The notes beneath the pieces are model-generated. The model did not search any database and was not told the origin of the DNA. It was given only the letters and a program-made list of their open reading frames with translations. The position numbers and the translations under genes were made by a program. This document shows positions 1 through 8,869 of a stretch of 14,281 nucleotides of DNA, piece by piece; the stretch's first letter is position 1, and each line of letters begins with the position of its first letter. This DNA comes from a virus: the UHGV virus genome UHGV-1669857, one strand, 5' to 3'.

Positions 1-157
1 CAGAATAGCGCTGAGGTCTGCCTCGTGAAGAAGGTGTTGCTGACTCATACCAGGCCTGAATAGCTTCATCATCCAGCCAGAAAGTTATGGAGCCACGGTT
101 GATGAGGGCTTTATTGTAGGTGGGCCAGTTGGTGATTTTGAACTTTTGCTTTGCCAC
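1..157 (-). CDS. IS903-family transposase, N-terminal fragment; continues beyond the window start. Start codon uncertain (GTG at 155-157 or TTG at 200-202).
   Basis: Minus-strand translation reads ...(V/M)AKQKFKITNWPTYNKALINRGSITFWLDDEAIQAWYESATPSSRGRPQRYS with no stop before position 1. It is not in the ORF track because it is truncated by the window edge. Confidence 0.7.
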   Translation of the reverse strand, partial: MAKQKFKITNWPTYNKALINRGSITFWLDDEAIQAWYESATPSSRGRPQRYS

Positions 158-234
158 GGAACGGTCTGCGTTGTCGGGAAGATACGTGATCTGATCCTTC
201 AACTCAGCAAAAGTTCGATTTATTCAACAAAGCC
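1..234 (-). mobile_element. Left end of an IS903-family (IS5 family) insertion sequence; the element body lies to the left of the window. Terminal inverted repeat at 217-234.
   Basis: Reverse complement of 217-234 is GGCTTTGTTGAATAAATC, which I recognise as the IS903 terminal inverted repeat. The adjacent minus-strand reading frame encodes a transposase N-terminus. Confidence 0.85.
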
Positions 235-261
235 CCTCCAGTGCTCCAGATATTGAATGGC

Positions 262-864
262 CTATGCCTCCGGCAGTTCAGGCCAGATGACATCCGGCGC
301 GGTGCTGGTATCTGTTGCCACCACCGCGTCAATGTAATCCAGCACAGCGTTAAGTCTGGTTGTTTCTTCCTGCGTAAGTTTACGTCCGGCCTGTAATTTC
401 AGCTGAATCAGACCGACGGAATTCATTGCTGCATCAATCAGTGACTGGCGTTGGATTTCTGCCGCGTCCACTGCGGCGCTACATTGTGCCTCAGTATCCG
501 TCACCCATTTCTCACCATCCCATTTATCGTATGGTGTTAACGGGGCGATAGTGGTTGTATTTTCGGGGTAATCACCCAGAGATGTGATTTCTTTCGATTC
601 TCCTGTTTCGGTGCTATAGACCGTTTCACCGCGATGGTCTGACACATATTCCCATGAGTTTAAATCTACCGTTCGGCAGATTGCATAACCAGCTTTGTTT
701 GAGCCAGGAGCATCTAAACAGGAATGCGCCGGAATACCGACACCCACAGCAAGATACTCAGTTGATGTGGAAATATATTCCCGCGTTTCTCCGTTGTAGT
801 TATAAACGGTAATGAAGCCGGGTTCCGTGGCAATAAATTCACTGTTTAATTTTACCTGTGTCAT
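262..864 (-). CDS. G: Tail fibre assembly protein (chaperone), P2 gpG-like
   Basis: 200-aa ORF directly downstream of the tail fibre gene with a 1-nt start/stop overlap. C-terminus ...VIWPELPEA is typical of Tfa-family chaperones. Confidence 0.85.
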   Translation of the reverse strand: MTQVKLNSEFIATEPGFITVYNYNGETREYISTSTEYLAVGVGIPAHSCLDAPGSNKAGYAICRTVDLNSWEYVSDHRGETVYSTETGESKEITSLGDYPENTTTIAPLTPYDKWDGEKWVTDTEAQCSAAVDAAEIQRQSLIDAAMNSVGLIQLKLQAGRKLTQEETTRLNAVLDYIDAVVATDTSTAPDVIWPELPEA

Positions 865-2102
865 TATGCAGCCCTCACAATGTAGTTAAATGCAATGTTG
901 CGGGGGCGCGTTTCATTTCCGCCGGTGTCGCCGGTATCTCTGCCTGCATTACCGGAATAGTCGTATACAGCGCCAGTCCCTCCCCCTGCGGCATAGCCTG
1001 TAAAAAACGTAAATGAGTGGTGGTGCGCTTTAAATAAATCGGACTGCGCCGAGAGAAGCGCGCGCCCTGCATCCACCCCGCGCCCATCATCCCATCCACG
1101 AATAAACTCACCGCGTAAATCAGGTAATTTATTTGTTGGATAAGCCTTTGCCAGTTCCGGGTATTCTTCAGCAGAAAATGCCGCACCATTGCATTTCAGC
1201 CAGCCTGTTGGAGGAGTGGCTGAAGGCCACGGAACAGGTACACCAACGGGTAACGCTGAGCCTTCTCCCAAACCAAGGTATGTGAGAAGACCAGCTACAT
1301 CCTTTCCACTCAAATGAGTCAGCGTATTGTCCAGCGGTTGTTTACCTGCCAGCGCATTGTTAATGGTGGTACTGAATTTCGGGTCATTGTTAATGGCTGC
1401 GGCAATTTCTTTCAGTGTATCCAGCGTGGCAGGCGCACCGTTAATCAGAGCGGTAATAGCAGCCTGTACAAACGCAGTGGTCGCAATCCGCGTGGTGTTA
1501 TTTCCTGCGGCAGGCGTCGGCGCTTTTGGTTCTCCGGTAAATGTCGGATTATGTTTCTGTGCATACTGGGTATGAGGATCCTGTGCGGCAATGTGGTTTC
1601 TCATCTGTTCATCCACATACAGCCTTAATTCCAGGACTTCATCATCCACGTATTTACGGGTCGCCAGTACCACCGATGGGTCGATTTTCAGCGTAATAGC
1701 TTCGGTATTCGTGACAACCAGAATCATGCGGATAGTCTGGGTACGACCACTGCCTTCCTGCAACTGCGGTTTGTACGTTTCCGGGCAGTTCGCCACCGCA
1801 ATGAGTACGCCTTCATCATCATAAAGCCCAATCTCACGGATCCAGAATCCGCCCTCGTTCTCAGGGATGATTTGCTCCGCAATAATCTGGCTCTGGTTGT
1901 TCGGGTCAACACTCAGAAGATTCAGCGGTGCAATGCGTTTCTGATTAATCAGTTTTGTCTGTGCCGGGTCTGGTGTCGGCAAGACACCATTCGCATCACC
2001 AACGGCCATTTGCGTCAGATTCAGCTTACTGCCGAGCATCGTCGCGTTAGCCAGCCGTGCCGCGCCCTGATTAGTCAGAATGGCGTAGTATTTCACTGTC
2101 AT
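864..2102 (-). CDS. H: Tail fibre protein, P2 gpH-like N-terminus with a tail-collar type C-terminal domain; short form (412 aa)
   Basis: N-terminus MTVKYYAILTNQGAARLANA... matches the conserved baseplate-attachment region of P2 H as I recall it. The C-terminal region (PWPSATPPTGWLKCNG...PDLRGEFIRGWDDGRG...KAHHHSF...NYIVRAA) resembles the phage tail collar domain. Confidence 0.85.
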   Translation of the reverse strand: MTVKYYAILTNQGAARLANATMLGSKLNLTQMAVGDANGVLPTPDPAQTKLINQKRIAPLNLLSVDPNNQSQIIAEQIIPENEGGFWIREIGLYDDEGVLIAVANCPETYKPQLQEGSGRTQTIRMILVVTNTEAITLKIDPSVVLATRKYVDDEVLELRLYVDEQMRNHIAAQDPHTQYAQKHNPTFTGEPKAPTPAAGNNTTRIATTAFVQAAITALINGAPATLDTLKEIAAAINNDPKFSTTINNALAGKQPLDNTLTHLSGKDVAGLLTYLGLGEGSALPVGVPVPWPSATPPTGWLKCNGAAFSAEEYPELAKAYPTNKLPDLRGEFIRGWDDGRGVDAGRALLSAQSDLFKAHHHSFTFFTGYAAGGGTGAVYDYSGNAGRDTGDTGGNETRPRNIAFNYIVRAA

Positions 2103-2710
2103 GCGTTTACTCTCAGGTTATCAATTAAATGAATGGCCGAGGCCGGGAAATAATCCCCTCCGACAATAATGGCCTCCGGGGTGTAGGGATAAACCGTCAG
2201 GGCGTCGCCGTGATAGCATCCCGCACCGGCAAAAATGTTGCCGGTTGTACTTAAACTGATAGCCAGTCCCGTCAGATGGCGGCTTGCCGGTTTTGCATCA
2301 GCAACGAGGCGCTCCAGCTCCTGATACATTTCCTCGGTAATACCCTGCTCAAGCACGCCAACAACGATGCGGAACGTCCCCGGCTCCTCGTTGAGCTGCC
2401 ACCACTCCCTCACCTCAATCAGATAGCCGAGCGGCTCCACCACACGCCGGATTGCGCCTATAGTGCCCTTATGGCAGTGAATGAAATACGCATCGCGGAT
2501 AACAGCGCGTTTTGTCGCTTCCGGCCACTTATCATCCCAGCGGTCAACCGAAAATGACCACGCCAGCCACGGCAGCAGATTTGCCGGGCAGGTGTCCGGG
2601 TTCCACAGCTTACGAATACTGACCGGCGTTTTTTCAATTTCCGCACAGGCTTTTGCGGCAGCGACTTCAAGCGGTGATGAGCCGGTCGGCAGCAGTCGCG
2701 AATCACTCAT
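2099..2710 (-). CDS. I: Baseplate assembly protein I (P2 gpI-like)
   Basis: Position between J and H. The start may be over-extended: the ORF is 203 aa against roughly 176 aa recalled for P2 I. Confidence 0.8.
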   Translation of the reverse strand: MSDSRLLPTGSSPLEVAAAKACAEIEKTPVSIRKLWNPDTCPANLLPWLAWSFSVDRWDDKWPEATKRAVIRDAYFIHCHKGTIGAIRRVVEPLGYLIEVREWWQLNEEPGTFRIVVGVLEQGITEEMYQELERLVADAKPASRHLTGLAISLSTTGNIFAGAGCYHGDALTVYPYTPEAIIVGGDYFPASAIHLIDNLRVNA

Positions 2711-3611
2711 CCGAGCCTCCGGTCACGACGCTGTATTCGGTACAGAAAGACGCCTGCGTATTGTTGAGCACGATGTCGGCCAGCGGTGCAGCCAGTTCGA
2801 CACGCTGCACGCCTTCCACATGCAAAGCGGCATAAATGGCAGACAGTCGGATGTCGCGCCCCAGCCGGTGCTGTGCCGTGATATACGCTTCCAGTTTTTT
2901 CACGGCGGCAGCGCGAATGGGTTCGCTTTCGGGGCCAGGATAAAGGTAAAGCGTGGCATTTATCTGGTATTCAACGATGACGGCAGACTGCACGGTCACA
3001 CGGTCGGCCACCGGTCTGACGTCCTCACCATTAAGGGCGTTGCGCACCACCGCCAGCAGGTCTTCGGATGCCACACCGTTATTTTCACGTGACAGCACAG
3101 AGATGGTGACGCAGGCCGGAGACGGACTGGTGACAGAAATATCCGCGACACGCCCGTCGGCACTGCGACCATGATACTGATAGGCTCCCACCGACCCGGC
3201 GACGCTTAAGCCCTCAAACGCCTGCTGAATACGCAGACGATAATCGGTGTCAGACTCCATCACTGCCGGTGTCGGCGGGATGGTCGAATCATCTGCCGGG
3301 GTGATAATCAGGCGCGTGGTGTTGTAATTGGCACCAATCACATCAAGGTCATTACCGGCGGCACAGGCCAGCATTACCGCCCGTGCGGCCTCATTCACAC
3401 GCTGACGCCAGATAAGCTCACGATAAGCATTTTCCTCCAGCAGTTTGACGAGAGGCTCGGATTCCAGCGTCAGGGTACGGGCAACCGCCTCCTGCTGGTC
3501 TTCCGGGTAAAGGGAAATCAGTGTCGCCTTGCGTTCGGCAAGAATGGTTTCAAAGTCCAGCTCCTCGACCACATCCGGTGCGGGTAGCTGGTTCAGGTCG
3601 ATAATCGGCAT
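2703..3611 (-). CDS. J: Baseplate assembly protein J (P2 gpJ-like)
   Basis: 302 aa, same length as P2 J; sits in the W-J-I order; 8-nt overlap with I. Confidence 0.9.
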   Translation of the reverse strand: MPIIDLNQLPAPDVVEELDFETILAERKATLISLYPEDQQEAVARTLTLESEPLVKLLEENAYRELIWRQRVNEAARAVMLACAAGNDLDVIGANYNTTRLIITPADDSTIPPTPAVMESDTDYRLRIQQAFEGLSVAGSVGAYQYHGRSADGRVADISVTSPSPACVTISVLSRENNGVASEDLLAVVRNALNGEDVRPVADRVTVQSAVIVEYQINATLYLYPGPESEPIRAAAVKKLEAYITAQHRLGRDIRLSAIYAALHVEGVQRVELAAPLADIVLNNTQASFCTEYSVVTGGSDE

Positions 3612-3615
3612 GGTT

Positions 3616-3963
3616 TCAACTCACAGGGATGGTTAACGAAAGTGGCTGGCCGGTGTCGCTGTGCTGGCCGGTTAACGTGACCGTCATTCGCCCGTCAAAA
3701 CTGCGCTCAGTGGTGACGGATGACAGGGTGACGCGGGGTTCCCATTTCAGCACCGCCATGTAACAGGCGACCTTAATCTGCAACTCAAGCGCCGGGGTCT
3801 GCGGCTGGTCAATCATTGACGCCAGCAATGAGCCGTAATCACGACGCATCACCCGTGAGCCGACCGGCGTGCGCAGGATATCGCCGATACTCTGGCTGAT
3901 ATGCTCAAGGTCAGTGACAGTCAGGCCATCACTGCGATTCATTCCAAGATAACGCGCTGTCAT
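3616..3963 (-). CDS. W: Baseplate wedge protein W (gp25-like)
   Basis: 115 aa, between V and J; 4-nt overlap with V. Confidence 0.9.
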   Translation of the reverse strand: MTARYLGMNRSDGLTVTDLEHISQSIGDILRTPVGSRVMRRDYGSLLASMIDQPQTPALELQIKVACYMAVLKWEPRVTLSSVTTERSFDGRMTVTLTGQHSDTGQPLSLTIPVS

Positions 3964-4595
3964 AGAGGACTCCCGGTTGTGCCGCCGCTGTCGCCGGGGT
4001 GTTTATGGGTATGCAGTACCTTACCGTTTGATGAGAGTTCACCGCCGGTATGTTTAATGTTGCCGCGCATCGTCCCGCCCTTCTGCACTTCCAGCGTGCC
4101 GGTAATCAGTCTGTTGGTGCAGACCACCTCCGGGGTGTCCAGGGTGATGCGGGTTGACGCTTTCACCATGACCACCGGCACCGTGGCAGTAACAGAATCA
4201 GAAGCCGTCACGCTGGCCGTTTTAATTCCGCTTACCGTGAGTGCACTGGTTTCGGGTTCATACTCAATCACCGCCCCGTCAGGGAAACGGATATGCAGGG
4301 CATCCGCCGACGTAGACGGCGCGGGGTTATCGCCGGAATAAATCCCCGGCAGAACGAACGCCGTGTCGAGTTCACCGCCCACGGCCAGAATCAGCACCTG
4401 TTCCCCCACGGAAGGTGCCCACCATGTGCGCGAACGTCCGGCGCGATGGGTCAGCCACTGAAGCCAGTCGGTGCACATGCCGCCGGTCTGCACACGGCAG
4501 CGACCGGCGTTAAGGTCGGTTTCGACGATAATGCCGGTGCGGATCATGTTGCGCAGTGCGCGCGCGAGTTCCTGAATATTTGCGAGAGTGTTCAT
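3960..4595 (-). CDS. V: Baseplate central spike protein V
   Basis: 211 aa, same length as P2 V; Gly/Thr/His-rich C-terminal apex ...HTHKHPGDSGGTTGSPL. The Shine-Dalgarno sequence is weak. Confidence 0.9.
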   Translation of the reverse strand: MNTLANIQELARALRNMIRTGIIVETDLNAGRCRVQTGGMCTDWLQWLTHRAGRSRTWWAPSVGEQVLILAVGGELDTAFVLPGIYSGDNPAPSTSADALHIRFPDGAVIEYEPETSALTVSGIKTASVTASDSVTATVPVVMVKASTRITLDTPEVVCTNRLITGTLEVQKGGTMRGNIKHTGGELSSNGKVLHTHKHPGDSGGTTGSPL

Positions 4596-4661
4596 AACGG
4601 GAAGGATGCCGCCGGGTCATACCGGCGGCAATGTGCCGATGAGGTGTCGGGAATGGCACAA

Positions 4662-5114
4662 CTAACGGTCGAGGTGAGCCAGGATAATCTCTTCAATCAT
4701 CTGCACATCCTCACCGGTAAAGCCGAGCAGAGGACGCGCCGGATAATCAATTTTCTTACCGTCTTTCCGGTTTTCTTCCGACAGACCGAACTGATGCACA
4801 CTGGCGATTTTCGGCGACTTCCCGCCGTAAAACTCCATTGATGCCTGCTCCGGGCTGGCGCGGATATGCAAAAAACGACTGGTGATAAGTTTCGCAAACA
4901 TTTTTCGCTTAACGCGACCGGTCTTTTTTCTGGCGCTCTGCTGCTGGCGTGGCACGTAGGGTGTGCCGTCCGGGGCTTTCTGTGCCATCACCCGACGCTG
5001 CTGACTCTGCCGCAGACGTTTCGCCAGTTCGGCACTCAGTCGTCGACGCCCTGACGGTGACAGCGACTCAATCAGTCCGGTCAGCCGGTCTTCAAAACGC
5101 TTAAACTCATTCAT
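4662..5114 (-). CDS. S: Tail completion protein S
   Basis: 150 aa; 8-nt overlap with R; P2 gene order. Confidence 0.9.
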   Translation of the reverse strand: MNEFKRFEDRLTGLIESLSPSGRRRLSAELAKRLRQSQQRRVMAQKAPDGTPYVPRQQQSARKKTGRVKRKMFAKLITSRFLHIRASPEQASMEFYGGKSPKIASVHQFGLSEENRKDGKKIDYPARPLLGFTGEDVQMIEEIILAHLDR

Positions 5115-5574
5115 CCCACTTGCTCACCAGTTCGCCATTGATATAAAGCTCCATCGGGCGGGTGACCGGCTCCGGCGGCGTGGGTTCCGGGATATTCTTC
5201 ACATGCAGCGCGCCGTCCACCTCACTGACCAGCGTGCGCTCGGTCAGCATCAGGCTGATGCTGATATCAAAGCTGCTGTCATTGTTGATGTCTGCATAAA
5301 ACGTGAAGCCCTTTTTCTGACCTTCGTCAGTGGTCATGATGTCGGGCTGATTTTCCCGCAGCCACGCCAGCACCGGCACGATGAGCAGGTCAAAATCACC
5401 GGTAAAGTCGGTCACAATCACATTGAGCGTGTAACGCTTTTCGAACGACAGCGACGTCGCCAGCGTGGAGGCAATACTCCCGTTATCCACGAATATCCGA
5501 AGCATCTCTGGACTGGTTTTCAGCACCGTGACGGCATCAGTCAGCGCCCTGCGCAGGCTGTCGGGTTTGAGCAT
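5107..5574 (-). CDS. R: Tail completion protein R
   Basis: 155 aa; directly follows the lysis cassette as in P2. Confidence 0.9.
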   Translation of the reverse strand: MLKPDSLRRALTDAVTVLKTSPEMLRIFVDNGSIASTLATSLSFEKRYTLNVIVTDFTGDFDLLIVPVLAWLRENQPDIMTTDEGQKKGFTFYADINNDSSFDISISLMLTERTLVSEVDGALHVKNIPEPTPPEPVTRPMELYINGELVSKWDE

Positions 5575-5827
5575 CGTTTTCGTCCTGACAGTGTTTAATC
5601 ATTTTTACCTGGCTGGCACAGCGTGCCAGCGCGTTCTCAAGCTGCCGGATATCAGCACTTAAATCGCCGTTCGTCTCCGGGTCACTGCCCGGCATCGGGC
5701 AAAGGCTCACTTTCGGGCAGGCGTTGGCGACAATCACTGGCGTCGGTGCAGGCCGGGCGCTGGTGCAACCGGCGCACAGCATCAGGCAGGTCAGCACCGT
5801 ACCAGCGGCGAAAATCTTCGTTTTCAT
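5537..5827 (-). CDS. lysC: LysC, outer-membrane lipoprotein spanin (Rz1-like), nested out of frame in the 3' part of lysB and running into R
   Basis: N-terminus MKTKIFAAGTVLTCLMLCAGC carries a signal peptide and an LCAGC lipobox. The ORF is embedded in lysB in another frame, which is the P2 arrangement. Confidence 0.75.
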   Translation of the reverse strand: MKTKIFAAGTVLTCLMLCAGCTSARPAPTPVIVANACPKVSLCPMPGSDPETNGDLSADIRQLENALARCASQVKMIKHCQDENDAQTRQPAQGAD

Positions 5828-6107
5828 TCAGTAACCTCGTGATGGTTTTCTCGCGCTGTGCTTCACGCTTCGCGGCGTTTTCCAGCTCCTGACGCAGTGC
5901 CACCTGCGCCAGCTCGTTTTTGTCTGCCCTGGTGAGGGCAACATGAAGCTGATTTTTCAGCATGGTGATGGTCGTCTGCTGCCCGCTGGCGACGTTATTC
6001 GCCCTGTCCAGCGAGGCGCGCAGGCTGGCATTTTTGTGTTTCACCAGAAACAGACCGGACACCGCCAGCGATAACAACACGACCAGCACAATCATCAGCT
6101 TTGACAT
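5682..6107 (-). CDS. lysB: LysB, inner-membrane spanin (Rz-like)
   Basis: 141 aa with an N-terminal transmembrane helix (MSKLMIVLVVLLSLAVSGLFLV) followed by a charged, probably coiled-coil region. Confidence 0.85.
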   Translation of the reverse strand: MSKLMIVLVVLLSLAVSGLFLVKHKNASLRASLDRANNVASGQQTTITMLKNQLHVALTRADKNELAQVALRQELENAAKREAQREKTITRLLNENEDFRRWYGADLPDAVRRLHQRPACTDASDCRQRLPESEPLPDAGQ

Positions 6108-6520
6108 GGTTCCCGCCCCTCAAAACGCTGACGGCAGGCCGTGCGTATCAGCCGGAAAAACAGTGACGCCACGAGATAAATCAGCGCGGTAAAAATCCAT
6201 CCGGCGGCGACCAGCGAGATAAATGTCGCCACCATCACCACCAGAGCCGCCGCCCGTCTGCGCCACGGCACCGGCTGCAAAAACAGCGACGTGACAATCT
6301 TCACGGCCAGCGATTCCGGCGGCAGCTCCCGCCCGTAGCGTTCCAGCACATACTCCGTGGCATACACGCCGACACCACCGGCAACCACACAGATAACCGT
6401 CGCCAGAATCGCCCAGGCAGCGACAAAACTGACGGCCACGCTCTGCGGGTAAATCAGGGACAGTGCCAGCATCAGCGCCAGCGACACGTTCAGCATCAGT
6501 GAAAGGGATAATTTCTTCAT
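6095..6520 (-). CDS. lysA: LysA, multi-pass membrane lysis-timing protein (putative antiholin)
   Basis: 141 aa, strongly hydrophobic with several predicted transmembrane segments; located between K and lysB. Confidence 0.85.
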   Translation of the reverse strand: MKKLSLSLMLNVSLALMLALSLIYPQSVAVSFVAAWAILATVICVVAGGVGVYATEYVLERYGRELPPESLAVKIVTSLFLQPVPWRRRAAALVVMVATFISLVAAGWIFTALIYLVASLFFRLIRTACRQRFEGREPCQS

Positions 6521-6534
6521 GGTGTTTACTCCGT

Positions 6535-7032
6535 TTAAGCCGGTACGCCGCCAGCGGTACGCCAGACGGTGACCAGTTTTTCCAGTGAATGCTCACGCTG
6601 ACCGTAACCGGCACCCGGCAGGGACGCCCAGATATTGCGACAGCGTGAAATGGCGCGCTCAATGCGTCCCGCCCGGATGTCATCCAGTGCACCGCGTTCG
6701 CGGATCAACTGAATGGCAAGTCTGTCCTGTGACAACGGACTGAAATCCGGCAGGGCAAGCTGTTTGCGGTAATGCGGCCAGAACAGGTAAAGCTGCTGAT
6801 AGCGACCGGAGGCCGTGGATTTTTCACCGCGACGGTTAAACACCTTCGCCGGTCGGCCATGTGCGAACGGGTGGTCACTGTAGTCGGTGAAAATTTCCGG
6901 CTTCCCGTCCAGTCCGGTGACTATCACGTCATAGCCCCGGTTTTTCGTCAGCGGATGGTTTGCCGTCCCTTCGGACACGGCCAGCATGTCGAGAAAGGCG
7001 GCGATATTCTGATGCGTGTTAATAACCGGCAT
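6535..7032 (-). CDS. K: Endolysin (lysozyme-like murein hydrolase), P2 gpK-like
   Basis: 165 aa; immediately downstream of holin Y with a 1-nt overlap. Confidence 0.9.
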   Translation of the reverse strand: MPVINTHQNIAAFLDMLAVSEGTANHPLTKNRGYDVIVTGLDGKPEIFTDYSDHPFAHGRPAKVFNRRGEKSTASGRYQQLYLFWPHYRKQLALPDFSPLSQDRLAIQLIRERGALDDIRAGRIERAISRCRNIWASLPGAGYGQREHSLEKLVTVWRTAGGVPA

Positions 7033-7313
7033 TACGGTTTCCCCCTGCCCTTAAAGCGGCGCTGAATGGCAATCTCAATCACCTGATAACCGGCGATACC
7101 CAGCATGGAGCCGATACCGCACACCGCAGGCAGTGACAGGTCAGGAAACTGCACCAGAACAACACCGGCAACCATCGAGACAAAACCACCGAGCAACATG
7201 CGCCCGATAAACAGACGCGGGGTGATGGGTTCACCACCGGCAAGCACCTTGCCGACAACAATCAGCACCCCAATCATGAAAAGCGACAGGACGCTTTTTT
7301 CTTCTGCTGTCAT
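7032..7313 (-). CDS. Y: Holin, P2 gpY-like
   Basis: 93 aa small membrane protein with hydrophobic helices and a charged C-terminus (RRFKGRGKP). Confidence 0.9.
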   Translation of the reverse strand: MTAEEKSVLSLFMIGVLIVVGKVLAGGEPITPRLFIGRMLLGGFVSMVAGVVLVQFPDLSLPAVCGIGSMLGIAGYQVIEIAIQRRFKGRGKP

Positions 7314-7316
7314 GCG

Positions 7317-7520
7317 TTACTCCCACAGATTGACAGTTTCAGCCACGGGCGCGGTCTGAACGTCGGGCAGTTCGACGGCGGTGCCGTGTGGCAGCACCGC
7401 ACCCAGTTCAGCCAGTCCCGGATTTGCGGCGAGCACGGTCTCAACCACGCCCTCAGTGCGCCCGTAATACCGGACACAAATGGCGTCGAGCGTGTCGCCC
7501 TGTAGCGCAAAGGTCTTCAT
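7317..7520 (-). CDS. X: Tail protein X (LysM-like)
   Basis: The track ORF (7317-7589) is over-extended. The internal ATG at 7518-7520 (MKTFALQGDTLDAICVRYYG...) gives 67 aa and forms an ATGA overlap with the stop of L. Confidence 0.85.
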   Translation of the reverse strand: MKTFALQGDTLDAICVRYYGRTEGVVETVLAANPGLAELGAVLPHGTAVELPDVQTAPVAETVNLWE

Positions 7521-8029
7521 CAGATTTGACTCACGATGCAGCGCGGCTTGTCCTGGATGCGCGCCACTGCCCAGCGCATATCCCGCCACAGCTCATCAAT
7601 GGTGCTGTCAATGCTGTCGGCCTTCTTGTCGCCTTTCGCACTGGCATCCACACCGCGATAACGTTCATAAAGCGACGCGGTCGCCATCGCACACACGGCG
7701 CGCTCGTAGTAAAAAACTTTGATGCTTTCACCGTCGATGTCGTCCGCCGGGACGTCCGCCAGACGCGTAAAACCGGCGGCAATTTTCTGTTCGCGGTACT
7801 CGTACAGCTCCGCATTCGTCTCCGCCATGCCTGACTTGATGGCCTCACGCAGACGGGCGGGGGCGACGGTCTGCTCAAGGCGCATACGTTCCCGGACGCG
7901 CTTCGGGTCGATATCGGGAAAAAAGAACGTGTTTTTAATCACCGGCTCGTCGCCTGCCGGTTGCGGGATGACCACCGTACCCTCACCGGACACGGGAGCC
8001 TCCTTTCGCGGAATAATCAGCGTCATCAT
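7520..8029 (-). CDS. L: Head completion/stabilisation protein L
   Basis: The track ORF is over-extended. The start at 8027-8029 (MMTLIIPRKEAP...) is preceded by GAGG 8 nt upstream and gives 169 aa, the P2 L length. Confidence 0.9.
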   Translation of the reverse strand: MMTLIIPRKEAPVSGEGTVVIPQPAGDEPVIKNTFFFPDIDPKRVRERMRLEQTVAPARLREAIKSGMAETNAELYEYREQKIAAGFTRLADVPADDIDGESIKVFYYERAVCAMATASLYERYRGVDASAKGDKKADSIDSTIDELWRDMRWAVARIQDKPRCIVSQI

Positions 8030-8128
8030 GACTACCTCTGAAAAGTCGGGCGGTGGACGCCGGTGCAGTGTCAGGTGATTCACCCTCACTGACCGGCGTG
8101 CCGCCCTGGCGCGGGGCGCATTCGGTTG

Positions 8129-8866
8129 TTAACTGGCTTTCTTTTTCGGGCGTCCACGTTTTGCCGGGGGCGCACTCCGGGTCTTACGCGGGGCGCGGGT
8201 GACCGCTTTTGGCTCCGGCTTCGGTTTCAGCTCCCGCTCCAGTCGTTCAATCTCTTTTTTGACGCCTGCCTGACAGTCGAGCTGTGTCGCACGTTGCAGA
8301 TGCGCCAGCGCCCCTGCGGCATCACCAGCGTCACGCAGAAACAGACCGGTGATTTTGTGCAGCTTTGCGCGCACTTCATCAGGCATGTCAGCCGTGGCGG
8401 TCAGTTCAAGGGTCTCCGTCAGCAGGCGGGTATCCACAGACTCACCGGCAGCGTGAGCGCGCATGGCCGCAAGCGCGACCTCCTCGGTGAACATGTACGG
8501 CGGGGTACGGCGGTGTTTACCCGGCATGGTCAGACCGTACTTCAGGGCATAACGGGCAATCTCCAGCGCACCGGCAATATCGCCGGTATCCAGACGCCAC
8601 AGCATGACCGTCATCAGAATGTCATCCTGTGCACCTTTGCCCTGCTCCAGCACGCCGTTCACCCACGACAACCAGAACGGCAGCAGTTCGCGTTTTTTCG
8701 CGGCCTTCAGCTCTTTTGAATAAATCGCTTTCAGTGTGCGCTGGTCTGCGGCGAGCTTAACCAGCATCTGCTCATAGACAGTTGCATGTCGCAGCGGGGC
8801 GGCTTCCCGCTGCGCGGTCATCGCTGCCGAGACCCGCATCATGTGGCGCTGTGCGGGACTCGTCAT
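8129..8866 (-). CDS. M: Terminase small (endonuclease) subunit M
   Basis: 245 aa with a basic Lys/Arg/Pro-rich C-terminal tail; sits between N and L. Confidence 0.9.
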   Translation of the reverse strand: MTSPAQRHMMRVSAAMTAQREAAPLRHATVYEQMLVKLAADQRTLKAIYSKELKAAKKRELLPFWLSWVNGVLEQGKGAQDDILMTVMLWRLDTGDIAGALEIARYALKYGLTMPGKHRRTPPYMFTEEVALAAMRAHAAGESVDTRLLTETLELTATADMPDEVRAKLHKITGLFLRDAGDAAGALAHLQRATQLDCQAGVKKEIERLERELKPKPEPKAVTRAPRKTRSAPPAKRGRPKKKAS

Positions 8867-8869
8867 CGG

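Noticed and set aside
201-236. Possible DNA-invertase crossover site next to the tail-fibre genes
   Set aside because: The sequence is the IS903 terminal inverted repeat, confirmed by the adjacent transposase reading frame. No invertase gene or duplicated fibre C-terminal segment is present.
2481-3092. 203-aa plus-strand ORF antisense to baseplate genes I and J
   Set aside because: It spans the I/J junction on the opposite strand, has a low-complexity translation and no plausible regulatory context.
4293-4841. 182-aa plus-strand ORF spanning the V/S junction
   Set aside because: Antisense to V and S, Arg-rich low-complexity product, and it crosses the intergenic hairpin; a shadow ORF.
8030-8128. 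GC-rich partial palindrome in the M-L gap as a possible terminator
   Set aside because: The dyad is imperfect and has no following T-tract on the transcribed strand; M and L are probably co-transcribed.
8126-8719. 197-aa plus-strand ORF antisense to terminase small subunit M
   Set aside because: Entirely within M on the opposite strand; the Arg/Gly/Gln-rich low-complexity translation is typical of shadow ORFs in GC-rich genes.
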